A DNA stretch of 64,000 nucleotides. Origin: Eledone cirrhosa (taxonomy: Eukaryota). Both the position numbers and the translations under genes were made by a program. This document shows, in pieces, positions 39,301 through 51,829 of the stretch. Each line of letters starts with the position of its first letter. Position 1 is the stretch's first letter. The stretch spans positions 171,988,001 through 172,052,000 of the forward strand of contig OZ024743.1 in assembly GCA_964016885.1 (NCBI GenBank), written 5' to 3'. The notes beneath the pieces are model-generated. The model was not told where the DNA came from. It worked only from the letters and a program-made list of their open reading frames with translations, and made no database searches.

Positions 39301-41374
39301 CCTGTCTACAAATCTTAGGTTCATAGGTTTCCCACTATCATTGTTCAATTCATCTACCACTAAGTTTAGGATATCAACAAAATCTTGTCCTAGCCCGTCA
39401 GCATTCATCTCCTCAATAGCCGTATCTTTGTTCCAGGTATTATTTATTTCAGCATTCAGATCATTGTCTGCTTCGGATGGTTCCTCCGTTCTCTCAACCT
39501 TCATTTCCCACTGGCTCGTTTGCCTGGCATACTCCACTCTCCATTTCCAAGCTAATCTCTCTGCTCAGTTCCTCCAGTTCCAGCTCGCTTATCCACCCAT
39601 TAGTTCTTATTACCCGAGCCTGCACGGCCAATTTTTGTTCATCTAATTTAAATAGACCAATCTGGTTCCAGATGTTATGCATACGTTTCCTATAGCCTTT
39701 CTCCTTGGGGTTACTCTTCAGGTAACATTGCATAACATTCCTATTCAATTCTTTCGTCCAGTTGCTTCTGGTCCCTTTCCTTCTTCTTCTTCCTCCGACA
39801 CCAGCAGTATTTGGTTGACAGCCAGGTCCCTGCTGCTGAGCCAGGGAGCACCTACTGGGTGAGAGTCTGTCACATGACATTCTAGTCTCCACTTCACCGT
39901 TATTCGAACTGTTTAAGTTCGACATTTAAACACTCTTATCGAGGATTGTTGCATGTATGGTTACATAACCACCGGTGATTTCATCACTCCCGATGATTTT
40001 TGTGTGGCACTATCACGCTGTAGATGAACATAAATAACCAAACAAACAGGCAAAAGAAAAACCCAAAAAGAATAAGCATAAGTTTCATTGTAATATAATG
40101 TTTGACTGTCTGACTTTGTTTTTCCCTTCCCTTTTCTGTCCGTCTGTTTATCTTTCTCTTCATTTTTCTTTTCTTTACGTTTTTCGTTGTTGCTGTGCTG
40201 CTTTGATTTTGATTTTTGGTTTTTTGATTTTTTGACCGGGTCATCAATTCAGTCTATTTATATATTTTGATGCCTTCCTCTTTTAGTGGGGACACTACGA
40301 TGCAGGAGGCAGTGGGAGAGAATAGCGGCGGTAGTGATAATGAGGCAGTGGTGGTGGTGGTGGTGGTGGTGCTGTGCTAGTAGTACTTAGCAGGAGGTAG
40401 TGGTAGAGAATAGCGGCGGTAGTGATAATGAGGCAGTGGTGGTGGTGATGTGGTCGTAGCACTGTAGTGATGGTGTTGAAGTTGAAGTAGAAATAGAAGT
40501 TGAGGCAACTTGACTAGAGTTTTTAGCGTGGTAGTGGTGGTGGTGTTGGTGGTGAAATTATCTTCTCTGTCCACTTAGCCATTTAGCTATTTAGCTATTT
40601 AGCTATTTAGCTATTTAGTCATTTTGCCATTTTCCTCCTATTCGACTGATCCAAAATTAAATATTAATATTGTCTAGTGATACCGCCACCTCCCCCTTTC
40701 GTAAGTTAACAGAAAGTAATGGGGGAATAGCGGTGGTAGCAATGAAGGAGTGGTGGCGGCGGTGATGGGATAGTGGTAGCAATGATGGATGGGGTAGTGG
40801 CGGCGGTGACTATAGTGATGGCGTTGTTGTTACTGAGTTTTGTTGAATAGACTGTAGTTTGTTTGATCGGTGAATCTATGCGGTTAGTCGCGTATGTTTA
40901 ATATATGTGTTGAGAGATTTCCTTAATATTGGAATTAAACATTTTGTGAAAACTTGAGACAATAATAATAGTAATTATTATTATGCTGGGATTGGTGGTG
41001 GTGGTGGTGAAATTGCCGTTATCTGGCTGTTGTATTTAGTGTACACAGCGGGGTGATGGGATAGGTGGTGTATCTAGTTTGTGGTGTTGGTGAAATTGCT
41101 GTTATTTGGCTGTTCTATATTGTGTAGACAGAGGGGATTTTCTTCCATTTATAACCATTTTCTTTTTTGAATATAAAATGTATAATACAAAATTAAATAT
41201 TTGAGCGATATAACAGAATATTATGGATCCGAATTTTCTGATGGTTGAGTCCCGTGCTTTATGTATCATTTGTACTAAGAATTGATATTTCAAAATTGAT
41301 TTAAATATGTTAAAAATCCAAAACTTACGGGAGCGATTTCATGACCTTCTACCCACCACGTGCGTCTTCTTCCC
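36327..41374 (-). mobile_element. Near-full-length R4/Dong-like LINE, family 3 copy a (disrupted ORF ~39925 to ~36390; putative 5' leader to 41374)
   Basis: NWTKELNRNVMQCY..GYRKRM, WKSPGPDG, GIFQGDSLSP, LFMDD, CRICG..ETVAHIVSEC..RHD, DVACP..IGALG. The 5' boundary is uncertain. Confidence 0.88.
38677..38772. mobile_element. 96-bp insertion with a 22-bp target-site duplication
   Basis: AACATCCTGCTCCCATATTCCT at 38655-38676 and 38773-38794; absent from paralogous copy b (~43797-43820). Confidence 0.9.
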
Positions 41375-41388
41375 TATTATTATTATTA

Positions 41389-41480
<92 letters not shown>

Positions 41481-41481
<1 letters not shown>

Positions 41482-44400
41482 CTTGAATCTCTGTCATTGA
41501 TGTTGGTTAACTGGAAAGTCCGTTGGAGTAAATATCAAGCCACTACCTGCAGCCTCAGATATTCAGGACGTATCGGAGGGTTCTTGCTGTTCCCAGCAAG
41601 CATGCCTTTTGAAGCGTTCCAAAAAGCGTGAAGGGGCCGATTTTCTTTAACCATCCCTGGAAACTTTTGGAGATAGTCCCCAGTGCGCCTATGACAATCG
41701 GGATCACTTTGACTTCATGGCAGTTCCAAATCCTTTTTACCTCCCACTTTAAGTCCTGGTATCGGTTAATTTTCTCCCTCTCCTTCTCTTGCACTCTCGT
41801 GTCGAATGGGCAGGCCACATCCACAATCAGACACGCTCTTTTTTCTTTGTCCACAACCACCAGGTCAGGTCTATTGTGTTCCAGTTTCTTGTCCGTCTGT
41901 ATCCTAAAATCCCACAGCACCTTCACCTGATCGTTCTCCATCACCGCCTCTGGCCTATGCTCATACCATTTCTCAGAATGTGGTAAATTGTTTACTTTGC
42001 ACAGGTGCCAGTGGATCACCCTGCCCATCACATCATGTCTCCAGCCCTTATAGTGGGTCTGGGCTAGGTGTTTACACTCGGATACAATGTGAGCCACAGT
42101 CTCCTCTCTCTCTCCACAGATCCTGCACAGTGGGCTAGCCTCCTCCTTGTAAATATGGTGTTTCAACCACTTCGTTTTGAGGGCCTGCTCCTGCGCAGCC
42201 ATTAGCATTCCTTCTGTAGTCTTTTTGAGGTCTCCTCTTCTCAACCAGTTCCATATCTGTGGATCTCTAAATTCAGTTTTCTCAAAGAAGGTACTATGAA
42301 GGGATTTTCCCTTAAGGCTGCTCTTCCTCCTTGATGTTATTTCCTCCTTGGACATCCCCTGGCCTACTGTCTCCTCCTTCAGTACAGTTCTGAGCATTGG
42401 CTCCTTACTATAGGTCACGTATTTGTATAGGTTGTTTTTCTCCATCTGAACACAGTCCTCTATGCTGATAAAACCTCTTCCACCCTCAGATCTCCTTAGG
42501 TAGAGTCTATCGACATCACTCCTCTTGTGGAACATGTTGTAGATAGTCAATAGCTTCCTAGTCTTCCTATCCATTTCTTTTTGTTCAGCAACATTCCATC
42601 TCAGAATTCCCGCACTGTACCTAATAATAGACACAGCTCGGGAATTTACTGCACTTATGGCATTTCTGCTGTTCAGATGTGACTTCAATACGCTCCTTAC
42701 TCTCCGAATGTATTCAGTTCTTAACAATTCCATCAGCCTCCAGAACGCCCAAATACTTGTATCCTTCCTCAGAGTCAATTTCCTTTATCATCTCACCCGT
42801 TGGTATCTGGATTCCGTTACTTCTGCTCAACCTACCCCTCCTCATCACAATGACTCCACACTTACTAATACCAAACTGCATACATATATCACTGCTGAAA
42901 ATACGGAGAGTGTCAACAAGCACATCCAACTCCCTCTCACTCTTCCCGAAGTGCTTAAGATCGTCCATGAAGAGGAGGTGATTGATGGTAAGCTCTCCCT
43001 TTCCCAACTTGTATCCTGCTCTCACTTTTCGCAGCACAATTGTCAAGGGCATCAGGGCAAGGACAAACAACAGAGGGGACAGGCTATCTCCCTGGAAGAT
43101 ACCTCTCTTGATCTTCACGCTTCCCAAGGATTCTCCAGTTGATGTCTTCTCTGTCTCCCAGGACCCCATACTTCTGCCCAGCAACTGTCTGATGTTATCT
43201 GCCACCTTGAAGATCTCCAGGCTTTTGGTGATCCAAGAGTGAGGCACCATGTCAAATGCCTTTCTGTAGTCTATCCATCCCATGGCAAGATCAGTGTGTC
43301 TCCTCCTGCAATTCCCCATTACCATCTTATCAATAAGTAACTGGTCCTTTGTACCACGTGACTTCTTTCGGCATCCTTTCTGTTCGTCCGGCAACAAGTT
43401 GTTTGTGTGGAGGTGGTGGTAGATTTCCTCAGACACAATGCTCGTCAATAGTTTCCACATTACGGACAGACATGCGATAGGTCTATTGTTGGTAACATCA
43501 TTACCCTTGATTCGGTCTTTCATTATCAGAACTGTGGTACCTTTTGTCAACCACTCTGGCACCTCACCCGACACCAAGCAGTCATTGAACATGGTTGTCA
43601 GTTTCGGGTGGAGTGATGTTAAATTTTTAATCCAATACCCCTGCACACCATCTGGGCCTGGTGATTTCCAGTTGGTTAGTTTTTTGGCCTGCCCCTTAAG
43701 AGTTTCAACTGTGATACTCAAATCAGTTTGTTGGTGTGCCTGCTCACCGATCTCCCTCTGTACTGTCTCAATCCACCCTGCCTGGTCATTATGTCTAACA
43801 TCCTGCTCCCATATTCCTCTCCAGAATGTTTTAGTTTGTTCCGCCTCAGTGATCAAGTCGTTGCCTCTTTCTTTCCCCTCAAGCTGTCCAAACAGCATCT
43901 TCTGGTTGTTGTCGAACATGCGGTTCTGTTTATACTGACTGACTCTGTTCTCGTATCGGCTGATATTTGCACTCTTTGCTACAATGCGTTGCTTCAGTTC
44001 CTCTATGATAATATTTAGCTTTTTCCTCCTAGTTTTGTACTTTATTTCCAGTCTATTTTTAGTGTCTATGTTTTTTAGTGTCCCATTCTGTAGTGACTCA
44101 AGCTTTCCTATGTCATTTCTCATTTCCCTGATTTGACCACTCAGTCGTTTCTTCCACCAAGGCTCTGCTCTTTCTTGTCTGTTGTTTCCTCTCGCTTTTA
44201 TGTCAAGTAATTTTCTCACCGCATTTGCTGTTGCTTTGAGGATATTGTTGCACTGGTGAAGGCTCCTCGCCTCAAGGTATGGGATGACTTTGTTTACCTT
44301 AGCTTTTGTTTCTTTTACCTTTTTCCTGTCTACAAATCTTAGGTTCATAGGTCTCCCACTATCATTGTTCAATTCATCTACCATTAAATTTAGGATGTCA

Positions 44401-44581
44401 ACCGAATCTTGTCCTAGCCCGTCAGCATTCATCTCCTCAGTGGCCGTATCTCTGTTCCAGGTATTATTTATCTCAGTACTCAGATCATTGTCTGCTTCGG
44501 GTGGTTCCTCCGTTCTCTCGACCTCTTCACCTTCATTTCCCACTGGCTCATTTGTCTGGCATACTACACCCTCCATCTCCA
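41481..44581 (-). mobile_element. 5'-truncated R4/Dong-like LINE, family 3 copy b (ORFs 42714-44582 and 41555-42778 split by a small deletion)
   Basis: RT and RLE motifs (NRPDLVVVD..DVACPFD..KWE); close paralogue of copy a; flanked by (TTA)n. Confidence 0.93.
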
Positions 44582-44582
44582 A

Positions 44583-44634
<52 letters not shown>

Positions 44635-44637
44635 GAA

Positions 44638-44699
44638 AGTACCAGAAATACACTGGGATAATTGTTGGCCTTGTGCGAAAAGTAGAAACAATTATTATG
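44638..44699 (+). mobile_element. 5'-truncated SINE 3' end with TSD ATTATTGAA
   Basis: Matches the SINE tail; ATTATTGAA at 44629-44637 and 44700-44708. Confidence 0.82.
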
Positions 44700-44705
44700 A
44701 TTATT

Positions 44706-47582
44706 GAAGGTGAAGCCACGCTTCTTATCGGCTCCAGTTTTTTTTCAACAGTATTCATCGATATCAACCGTTCTTAACTTTTTATTCAAGTTTTAAACTT
44801 GATAAAAGTCTATAAGAAGTGACCCACCTAATACAGGGGGTTCACTCATAAATAATACGGCACCCCTTTATCGGGTGTCGTATTATGTAAAAATTATATG
44901 AAAAAAAGAAATTTTTCTTTGAAACATGGATACCACAAGAAAGAGAGAGAGAGCGCTGTCAGACAAGACAGAGAGAGGGAGACTTTGTCAACATATCAAC
45001 AAGACAGCGTTCTAGCGAAAGTGAATATAAACGAAAATATTACGAAGGAAAAGAGGAACAATATCTTTTTTAATGATATTGTTTCAGATTTAAAATTACC
45101 AAATATTACTAACACAAACAACACCAACAATAACACCAACAACAACACCATCAATAACAACAGCAACAACAAAAATGACAGTAAGGTCGAGAAAGACAAT
45201 AACAATGACAATAACAACAGCCACAAAAACAAAAATAGTAGGAACAGTATCAACAAAAACAACAATAATAACAACAGCCACAAAAACATCAGCAACAGTA
45301 TCAACGAAAACACCAACAATGACAACAATACCAGTAACAGTGATCTCAGTCCCACCAGCAAGACCAGTAGCAGCAGTAGCGGCAGAAATATTGATGGAAA
45401 CTGAAAAAGGGGCCACTTCTTTCGCAGGTGTGGACCAAAATATCGAAACAGTGCTAGTCACAGAGGAGGAGATGGCAGTCGCAAGGGCCATGGTGACAAG
45501 AAATGCCAATTGAGTCTCCCTGACACCTCCACCCGATTTTTTCAATGACCAGCAGTTACGGACGGAAACTTACCGCACTGTAAACAAAATATCACATCGG
45601 GTGGAGAGAGCCACGGAGGTTCAAATCCAAAAGGCCTTGGGGTGCGTCTGGGCGCGCAAATCCCGCCTGACCCGAGGAAAAAATATGCCACAGTAGACGT
45701 ACTTTTTGCCACCTCCCATGAGGCGAAGTCTCACACTTTGGTAACCCTAAAGAGTGAGGAGATAGCTTCGGCGCCCTCCTACTGTGGGCAGAAAATTGTG
45801 AGTTGAAAGTGACCCGGGTCTCACCCGACGTGCCCATACCATGGCTGGCCGCGTCTGTCCTTGCTGGAATCGAGGACAGGACGACCATGTTGCAAGTAGA
45901 GAAATTAGGGAGAGAAAACTGGTCAGGTATAGGCATGCAAATGCTAATACAAACTGACCAGGAGTGTATCGAGGCTAACCCCGATATCATAGACTTCGAG
46001 AAAGGACTCCAACTCCCTATAATCATGGAGTCTGAGGCGGGAGTGAAGTGGCAAACGGTCTGCCACAAAAAAGAAAAAGGAAATAACTGGAACGGTATCT
46101 TAGATGCACGCTGGGATTATGTAGGGCTAGTAAATAAGGGAGGAGGATGTAAAAGCCTCACCAACCTGCTCTGACGTTTTTAACTGTCTGAGGGGTATCG
46201 ACTGGATTATCCAAATGTGCCAATGTGGACATGGACAAACCGCATCGGGTCATGTAGATCATATCTAGATAGGGTATTCTGTAGGGAAACAGATAAGGCT
46301 AGCGTAGGTTGTCCACAATTTAAAGTAGTCGACTACACGGACCACAAATTTGTGATCTGTGAATTTGACTTAGACTTCATAGACAAGGGCTCGGTTACTG
46401 GAAACTGAACGCGTCGTTCCCGGCGCGCAAAGCTTATAGAGACCGGATAAACGAATTAGTTACGCATGCGTTGACGGGTGCGATCGTCAACAACAGGTGT
46501 GGTTTACCTTGAAAAGGGCAATTAGAGTAGAATCAATAAGGTTTAACAAAGGAGTAAAGATAGAGTAAAATAGAGTAGGAGAGCTAGTTAGAAAGCTAGA
46601 AGAAGCGTTTAGGACATGCATCGCGACCGACGTGGTTGCGGCAAGATTGGCACTCGACCAATTCATCAATGCAAAGCACGAAGGCTGCGTTGTCAGACAC
46701 GAAGGGACAAAAGCTGTCCAATAGGCCCGGTTGGTGGAGGCGCGACGTGGCAACAAAGCCACAAGTCAATCCTTGCCTGACCAAAATGGGTGCATGTTAC
46801 TCGAACTCGAACAGATGTGTGAGGCATTTCAGCAGCACTTTGCTCAACTGTTTGGGAGCGGCAGCGGGCCAGATCGGAGTGTGAACTTCAGCGCATACTC
46901 GAGTGACTGCCGCAGCTCTCGGCGACCGCAGCGCAGTATTGTGAAAAGCCGATAACAGCAGGTGAACTAGGGGAAGAGATGTCTGACTGCTCGAGGGATA
47001 AATCGCTAGGTTTGGATGGTCTGCCCTACGAGCTTTATGCGTACATGCCAGACTGTTCGGCGACTTCTTGGCAGACGACTACTGCAACTGGCAGCAGAGC
47101 GGGAGCATTGCCAGTTTTGTGAGCCGGAGAGCGGTGGCGCTGTTGAGAAAAGACCCAAACAAAGGAGACAACTTCAGGCCCATAACTCTGTTAAACGCAG
47201 ATTTCAAGATTTTGGCCAGGGTGTTAGCAGCGAGATTGGCGCTTGTCATCGGTAATCTGGTAGGAGAAGCGCAGACATGCGCCATTCAGGACAGATCCAT
47301 CCACGACAACCTCCACCTCGTGCGATACATCATAGAGAGTGTGGTTAAGGGACCTGGCACGGGCGTGGCCCTGATCAACCTAGATCAATCTAAGGCATTA
47401 GCGGTTCAGCATCATGCGCTGGGTCCACCAGGGTTGTCCCTACCCGTCGCTCTTGTACGCCCTAGAGCCGTTACTGCACAAAATGGAGGCGTTGAGAGGC
47501 GTCCTACGCTAACTGGGACGTGGGAGATCCGTAGCGGCTTTCGTCGACGACGTCACCGTGGTTGTGTCGAGCACCGGACATG
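44706..47582 (+). mobile_element. Degenerate, internally deleted Tx1-like LINE, copy C
   Basis: ETVLVTEEEMA and VPIPWL..ENWSG (ORF1) are fused directly to NWNGILDARWD (APE); FRPITLLNADFK and LINLDQSKA follow; truncated after the YADD region. Confidence 0.87.
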
Positions 47583-47584
47583 TC

Positions 47585-48221
47585 CAGATCCTCTGCATCA
47601 CAGATTCTATAAAACGGACATAGCTTCGGTCGTTTCCTCGCTCACTCAATGGACAACTAAGTTCGTATTATTAAAATAAATTCGTATCCAGCTAGCCAGC
47701 TTCGTGTGGGTAAGATGAACTTTCCTTTCTTTTCTTAAAAGTCATATGATACCTCATCCCCTGACTGCTTATTTATTCATCTACTACTACCAACTTAATG
47801 ATCTACATTACCCCTTCCTATTTTTACTATTGGTCAATCTCAACCTTGTTTATAAAACGTCACTTTTTCATATATGTTTTTTTGTATTCTTCAATAAAGA
47901 AAACTAATTATTTCTGAAGACGGGTTGTAGAGAAGGCGTATGTATATTTTTTTACTATGATAATTTGTAATATATTTTACATAGATCAATAATAGAATAG
48001 AGATACGGGGAACTACCCCCCAGAAACGATCGTAAATTTACTATGAATTAACCGTTTTTTGTTTAATTTCATTGTTTTCACTATTTGCATTTTGACTCTG
48101 TATCCAATGAATTTATCGTTGAAATTTTGTATTTTAAACTTTGCTTCACATCTACATACGGATTACATTGAGTTCTTCATACGGCTTAGACCCTACCATT
48201 AATTGGTGGATTTCTCTGTGT

Positions 48222-48222
<1 letters not shown>
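47585..48222 (+). mobile_element. PLE 3'-terminal remnant related to 14200-14600
   Basis: Shares TGACTCTGTAT..CGGATTACATTGAGTTCTTCATACGG and the HHR-C core. The left boundary is uncertain. Confidence 0.7.
47909..48040 (+). ncRNA. Hammerhead family C, diverged copy
   Basis: CUGAAGA CGGGUUGUAG..CUACCCCC CA GAAA CGAUCG UA; stem I is weak. Confidence 0.6.
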
Positions 48223-48313
<91 letters not shown>

Positions 48314-48590
48314 ATATATTTTCTGCTGGTAGGGGAAGGTGCAGATTGAGATTGGCTAACGGATTTAAAGGAAGAGGTTTCTATATAAAGAGAAAAATCT
48401 AGTGATACAGAATGATAGAAATGTAGTCACCCCTAATTTTCAAGGTTCATTTATTCTAAGCAAGCAAAAGGTTTTCATTAAGTGGCTGTATGAACATGCT
48501 CTATTAAAGGGTGGTGAAGTCGGCAAATATTAAAGTGTGTATAATCTCAGACACGCAGACACACACACATACACTTATATATATACATAT

Positions 48591-48634
<44 letters not shown>

Positions 48635-48685
48635 TTTCTGAATTTGTTTAGCAAGATTCTTTATATGAAAACGTGTGTTGAAACC

Positions 48686-49078
48686 GATATTGTTGTGCTT
48701 TGGGAGGGTCATCTTGCCAATAAGAAACACATGCACCAGGTGTTTACTCCAATTTATTATAAATTAAATTTAGAAATTTAAGAATTTATAAATTTCCGGT
48801 TGGTTGGTTCCACAACCGGAGGGCTGTTCATATATTGTCAAAGTTCTTTCGTCCCACATTATGTGACCTCTTCAGTGACTGGGGATTATTTTCTTTGTTT
48901 TTTTGCCTCTCCTTTGTTCTGTCCTAGAGGACACAGAATGTGTGACGAAAGCCGTCCGGTTGTGGAACCAACCAACCAACGGGAAATTTATAAATTTAAT
49001 TTATTATAAATTGGAGTGAAAGCAACTGATGCGTGTGATTTTTATTGGCAACATGACCCTCCCAAAGCACAACAATAT
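48686..49078. repeat. Imperfect fold-back repeat (PLE-terminus-derived) with a candidate HHR at 48837-48879 (-)
   Basis: ATATTGTTGTGCTTTGGGAGGGTCAT.. / ..ATGACCCTCCCAAAGCACAACAATAT. Minus strand GUCA CUGAAGA..GAC GAAA GAAC UU UGAC. Confidence 0.7.
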
Positions 49079-49094
49079 ATATATATATATATAT

Positions 49095-49410
49095 AAGTAT
49101 GTATACGTACATATATATATATGTATACAGACGTATAGTAGTATGTGTATATATATACATACATGCACACACATATATATATGTACGTATGGATTTACCG
49201 AACATTTATTATAATGCTCGGTGTGTTTGTAAACAAATATCCCGAATTAAGCTGTACAGTGTTTAGCAACCATCTTTGCCCTTTTGTTCAACACTGACAA
49301 AGGAACGCTGTACTAGTTTCAAGCTTATTAGCTATCGTCAGCACCGTATACCTTCCTGCCAGATGATTGAACCGCTGAAAGTATATACTTTCCTTATGCA
49401 TATTAACGGT
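49095..49410 (-). repeat. Partial copy of the 460-bp HHR repeat (family E); HHR at 49305-49347
   Basis: Homologous to 51985-52330; core CUGACGA..GAAA CUAG UA. Confidence 0.82.
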
Positions 49411-49497
49411 TGAAATTCGCTGACTATCCAGCGAATTTCAACCGTTGAGCTTGTCTTTTTTCCGGGAATGTCAATATTTATTTATAAAACAAATCTG

Positions 49498-49563
49498 TAT
49501 TTTATCTGATGAAAGCGCACCATAATTGACCTTGATCGCCCTTGAAATATATATAATAAAATA
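49498..49563 (+). ncRNA. Hammerhead family F
   Basis: Perfect stem I UAUUUUAU/AUAAAAUA, CUGAUGA, stem II AAGCGC/GCCCUU, GAAA, palindrome AUAUAUAU, AUA triplet. Confidence 0.78.
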
Positions 49564-49769
49564 ATTATGGTTTTATAAATATAGTTTCCATTTATTAATA
49601 TATTGTATATATATATATATATATATATATTTAGGTTTGTTGGTTCACCACTGGATAGAACTGGTCACCCCGTATGGTCAATCCTGATGCAATATTATGG
49701 AGAGCACTCAATGTAATGCAGCTCACCCGTCTTCATTTGTGTAGTTGGTGGTGCGAATACGGAGTTAAT

Positions 49770-50156
49770 TATTATAAATAAAATAACAGGAGGCTGGACT
49801 GGTGTAAATCCTTGAAAGGCCTATTATACTATGATCATTTCAATGACCGAGTTCCGTATGAATCCGGTGACATCATCAGGTATTCGAAATATAACAAAGG
49901 AATATAACAGATAAAATCCATGGGTCCGAAAATCAAAGACAAAAAGGACGACTGACCAACTAGCTGCTTTTACCTCAGTCAGTAGCCCTCAAGTTGAGGG
50001 ACCCATGGATTCTATCTGTTATGTTCCTTTGTTATATTTCGAATACCTGATGTTGTCACCGGATTCATACGGAACCCGGTCATTGAAATGATCATAGTAT
50101 AATAGGCCTTTTAAGGATTTACACCAGTCCAGCCTCCTGTTATTTTATTTATAATA
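49770..50156. repeat. Palindromic element (158-bp arms 49770-49927 and 49999-50156); each arm carries hammerhead family G (49826-49883 -, 50043-50100 +)
   Basis: The arms are near-perfect reverse complements. AUAC CUGAUGA..GAAA UGAUCA UA GUAU; the right arm has CUGAUGU. Confidence 0.85.
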
Positions 50157-50166
50157 TATATATATA

Positions 50167-50585
50167 TTTACCGAACATTTATTATAATGCTCGGTTTGTT
50201 TGTAGACAAACAGCCCGAATTGTTAGCCGTACAGTGTTCGGCAACCATCGCTGCCCTATTTCTATTTGTTCAACACTGACAAAGGAATGATGAACTAGTT
50301 TCTAGCTTATTAGCTGTCATCAGCACCGTATACCTTCCTGTCAGTTTATTGAACGTTTGAAAGTATATACTTTCCTTATGCATATTAACGGTTGAGCAGC
50401 CTAATTTGTATATCGAGTGAGTTAGTCGGCCAAGCGTACCGAAAACGATAAATTGAAAAAATGAAATTTCATTTCTCACTCTTAGTACGGCTGATACATG
50501 AATGTAACTATGTATACGTACATACATATATGTATACAGATGTACAGTAGTATGTATATACATACATACATGCACACATATATAT
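50167..50585 (-). repeat. Copy of the 460-bp HHR repeat (family E); HHR at 50287-50329
   Basis: Homologous to 52100-52550; CUGAUGA CAGCUAAUAAGCUA GAAA CUAG UU. Confidence 0.82.
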
Positions 50586-50630
50586 GATAAAGAACACAAG
50601 AGCGTCTACAACATCAAAATATTTTTATTG

Positions 50631-50675
50631 GCTTACAATGTTTCTTCCTTACGTAACCGTAGGATTCGTCAGAGC
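50631..50675 (-). ncRNA. Hammerhead family H
   Basis: GCU CUGACGA AUCCUACG GUUA CGUAAGGAA GAAA CAUUG UA AGC. Confidence 0.72.
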
Positions 50676-51829
50676 TATAAAAGGGGTTTGATTGGTGTTA
50701 TGGACTCTACCAACCAAACATTCAAGAACAAAGAGTAAAGAGAGTAAAGAGAAAAAGTAGGGGACGATAAGTCTAATTTTGGTGCGGGAGGGTGGGTGTG
50801 GGTCCTTGTTTACTAGTTGCGGTCATATTCATTCCCGGGAGTCGAGTAGTTAGCTGAACCATAGATGGGGTGGCGTCGATAGTATGGTGCAGAGGGTGTG
50901 CAGAGGCTACACAAACACAAAGGGCATACAATATATATATATATATAACGGAGAAGAAAGTACATGAGGTAATTAGAAATGGAAAAAGAGTAATAATAAT
51001 AATCTATAATTAATAGTGTATAATAAGGCATGGGGAAGATTACACTATAATAAGGTATAAAAGTAAGAATAAGGTAAAATATAAAGGAGGATAAAAGTGG
51101 AAATAATAAAGATAAAAAAAAATATATATGTAAAAAAATATATAGAGAATATATAAAGAAATATAAGCGAATATTTGGAGGGGAAAACACAATGTAAAAA
51201 AACCGATTTTTTCAAATAAAAATAAAAAATATTATAATTATGGGGTGAGAAAACGGGATAGAGAAATATGATTAAATGTGATTAGTTGAGAGAATATAAG
51301 ATGATAATAGTTATGTCAAGTTTATACATCTTAATAATAAATAATCTGTGTATCAGTTACAGAACCTTCAATTCACTTACAGGTTCAAGCCACGTGGCAT
51401 AGTCCATTGTTTATCTGTGCGGTCATGCGCGTTTGTTTTTGACACCACAGCAGATGCGCAAGTTCGTAAATTCCAATGCTGATAGAAATCTATTTTTGCT
51501 CACCCGGACATTGACGGAGGATCCAATATTCCTAGTTCAATATGTGTGTGGTGTTATTTTGGTCGCACAAATCAATCACTTGGTTCAATATTATGGAGTA
51601 TGGTTTTCTGGTCTTCGTAACAGTGTCAGTGGATGTATATCTCAAAATCACAAGGATCACAGTACTCCGGTTTGGTGTGATTATCGGTCATCCAGCTATG
51701 TTGTTGGTGGTTGGATTCAATTCTGTTAGCCCGAACGTAGAACTTTGGTGTCGATAGAACATTAACGAGGCAGGGTGAGATCGCATCTGTGGTACAAAAC
51801 GGTACGCAAGGTGAATTTCCTTGCGTACC

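Noticed and set aside
30407-41374. HDV-like ribozymes at LINE 5' ends (30407+, 41374-)
   Set aside because: I could not build the nested double pseudoknot by eye; this needs a descriptor search.
31703-44661. Long antisense ORFs over the LINEs (e.g. 31703-32293, 37492-38100, 43438-43938)
   Set aside because: Shadow frames of retrotransposon ORFs with no independent motifs.
51380-51790. Possible exon or coding remnant in moderately complex sequence
   Set aside because: No recognisable protein motif or consistent splice structure in the frames examined.
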